From the NCBI RefSeq assembly GCF_004010195.1, contig NC_057750.1:13842879-13862878 (forward strand): 20,000 bases of DNA. The letters run 5' to 3'. This stretch comes from Chiloscyllium plagiosum. Lineage: Eukaryota. Shown one piece after another: positions 19,171-20,000 of this stretch (positions within the stretch are counted from its first letter, which is position 1; each line of letters begins with the position of its first letter). The position numbers and the translations under genes are program-made. The notes beneath the pieces were generated by a model. It had not been told where the DNA came from and ran no database searches. It saw only the letters and a list, made by a program, of their open reading frames with translations.

Positions 19171-20000
19171 CAATCAGGATGGTATTGGGCCACAAGAAAG
19201 AGACTTTGTGGAGTGCCTCAGAGATGGATTCTTAGAGCAGCTGGTGCTGGAGCCGACCAGGGAGAAGGCAATTCTGGATCTGGTATTGTGTAACGAACCA
19301 GAATTGGTCAGAGACCTCGAAGTGAAGGAGCCATTGGGAAGTAGTGACCATAATACAATAAGCTTCAATCTGCAATTTGAGAGGGAGAGGGTACAGTCGG
19401 AAGCGACAGTACTTCTGTTCAATAAAGGGAACTATGGAGCTATGAGGGAGGAGCTGGCCAAAGTTCAATGGTGCAATACCTTAGCAGAGTTGACCGTGGA
19501 GGAACAATGGCGGATATTTCTGTGTATAATGCAGAAGTTGCAGGATCAGTTCATTCCTAAAAGGAAGAAAGATCCCAGAAGGAGACATGGGCGGCCGTGG
19601 CTGACGAGGGAAGTAAAGAAATATATAAAGTTAAAAGAGAAAAAGTATAACATAGCTAAGATAAGTGGGAAAACTGAGGACTGGGAAGCTTTTAAAGAGC
19701 AACAGAGGATTACTAAGAAGGAAATACGCAGAGGAAAAATGAGGTACGAAGGTAAACTGGCCAAGAATATTAAGGAGGATAGTAAAAGCTTTTTTAGGTA
19801 TGTGCAAGGCAAAAAAAATGGTTAAGACAAAAATTGGGCCCTTGAAGACAGAAACAGAGGAATATATTACTAGGAACAAAGAAATAGCAGAGGAATTAAA
19901 TGGGTACTTCAGACCTGTGTTCACTGGGGAAGACACAAGCAATCTCCCTGAGGTAACAGTGGCTAAAGGACCTGAACTTAAGGGAATTTAAATTTGCCAG
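19171..20000 (+). mobile_element. Young CR1 LINE ORF2 (end of APE endonuclease plus linker), 5'-truncated, disrupted, running off the window
   Basis: ORF 19160-19825 contains FVECLRDGFLEQLVLEPTREKAILDLVLCNEP...EPLGSSDHNTISF...PWLTREVKK...KEDSKSFFRYV. It shifts frame at the A8 run 19811-19818 into KTKIGPLK...AEELNGYF...VFT and hits a TAA at 19989-19991 per the ORF track. Confidence 0.95.

Noticed and set aside
19160..19825. Functional 221-aa gene
   Set aside because: It is an internal piece of CR1 ORF2 with no true start and a frameshift at its end.
18565..20000. Twin-priming inversion of a single LINE at ~19170
   Set aside because: The minus-strand part is heavily decayed while the plus-strand part is near intact, so they are separate insertions of different age.

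Overview
This is eukaryotic, non-coding, repeat-dense DNA. The repeat families (HE1 V-SINEs, HER1/CR1 LINEs, DeuSINE/SacSINE1-like elements) point to a shark genome; this is inferred from recognising the repeats, not from a database search. I can support no host protein-coding exon. The ORFs that look like real proteins are decayed retrotransposon fragments (CR1 ORF2, Penelope GIY-YIG C-terminus). The window is mostly nested insertions separated by a few repeat-poor islands that may be regulatory, and it contains a (CT)n tract spanning an assembly gap. The most notable signal is a set of seven short Penelope-derived inserts. Most are flanked by 12-17 bp target-site duplications (TSDs) and carry a minimal hammerhead-ribozyme-like core (CTGATGA-a-stem II-GAAAC-GTC). 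Two are ~220-bp palindromes with that motif on each strand. Repeat boundaries were set by eye and are approximate; TSD and tandem-repeat coordinates were counted directly.
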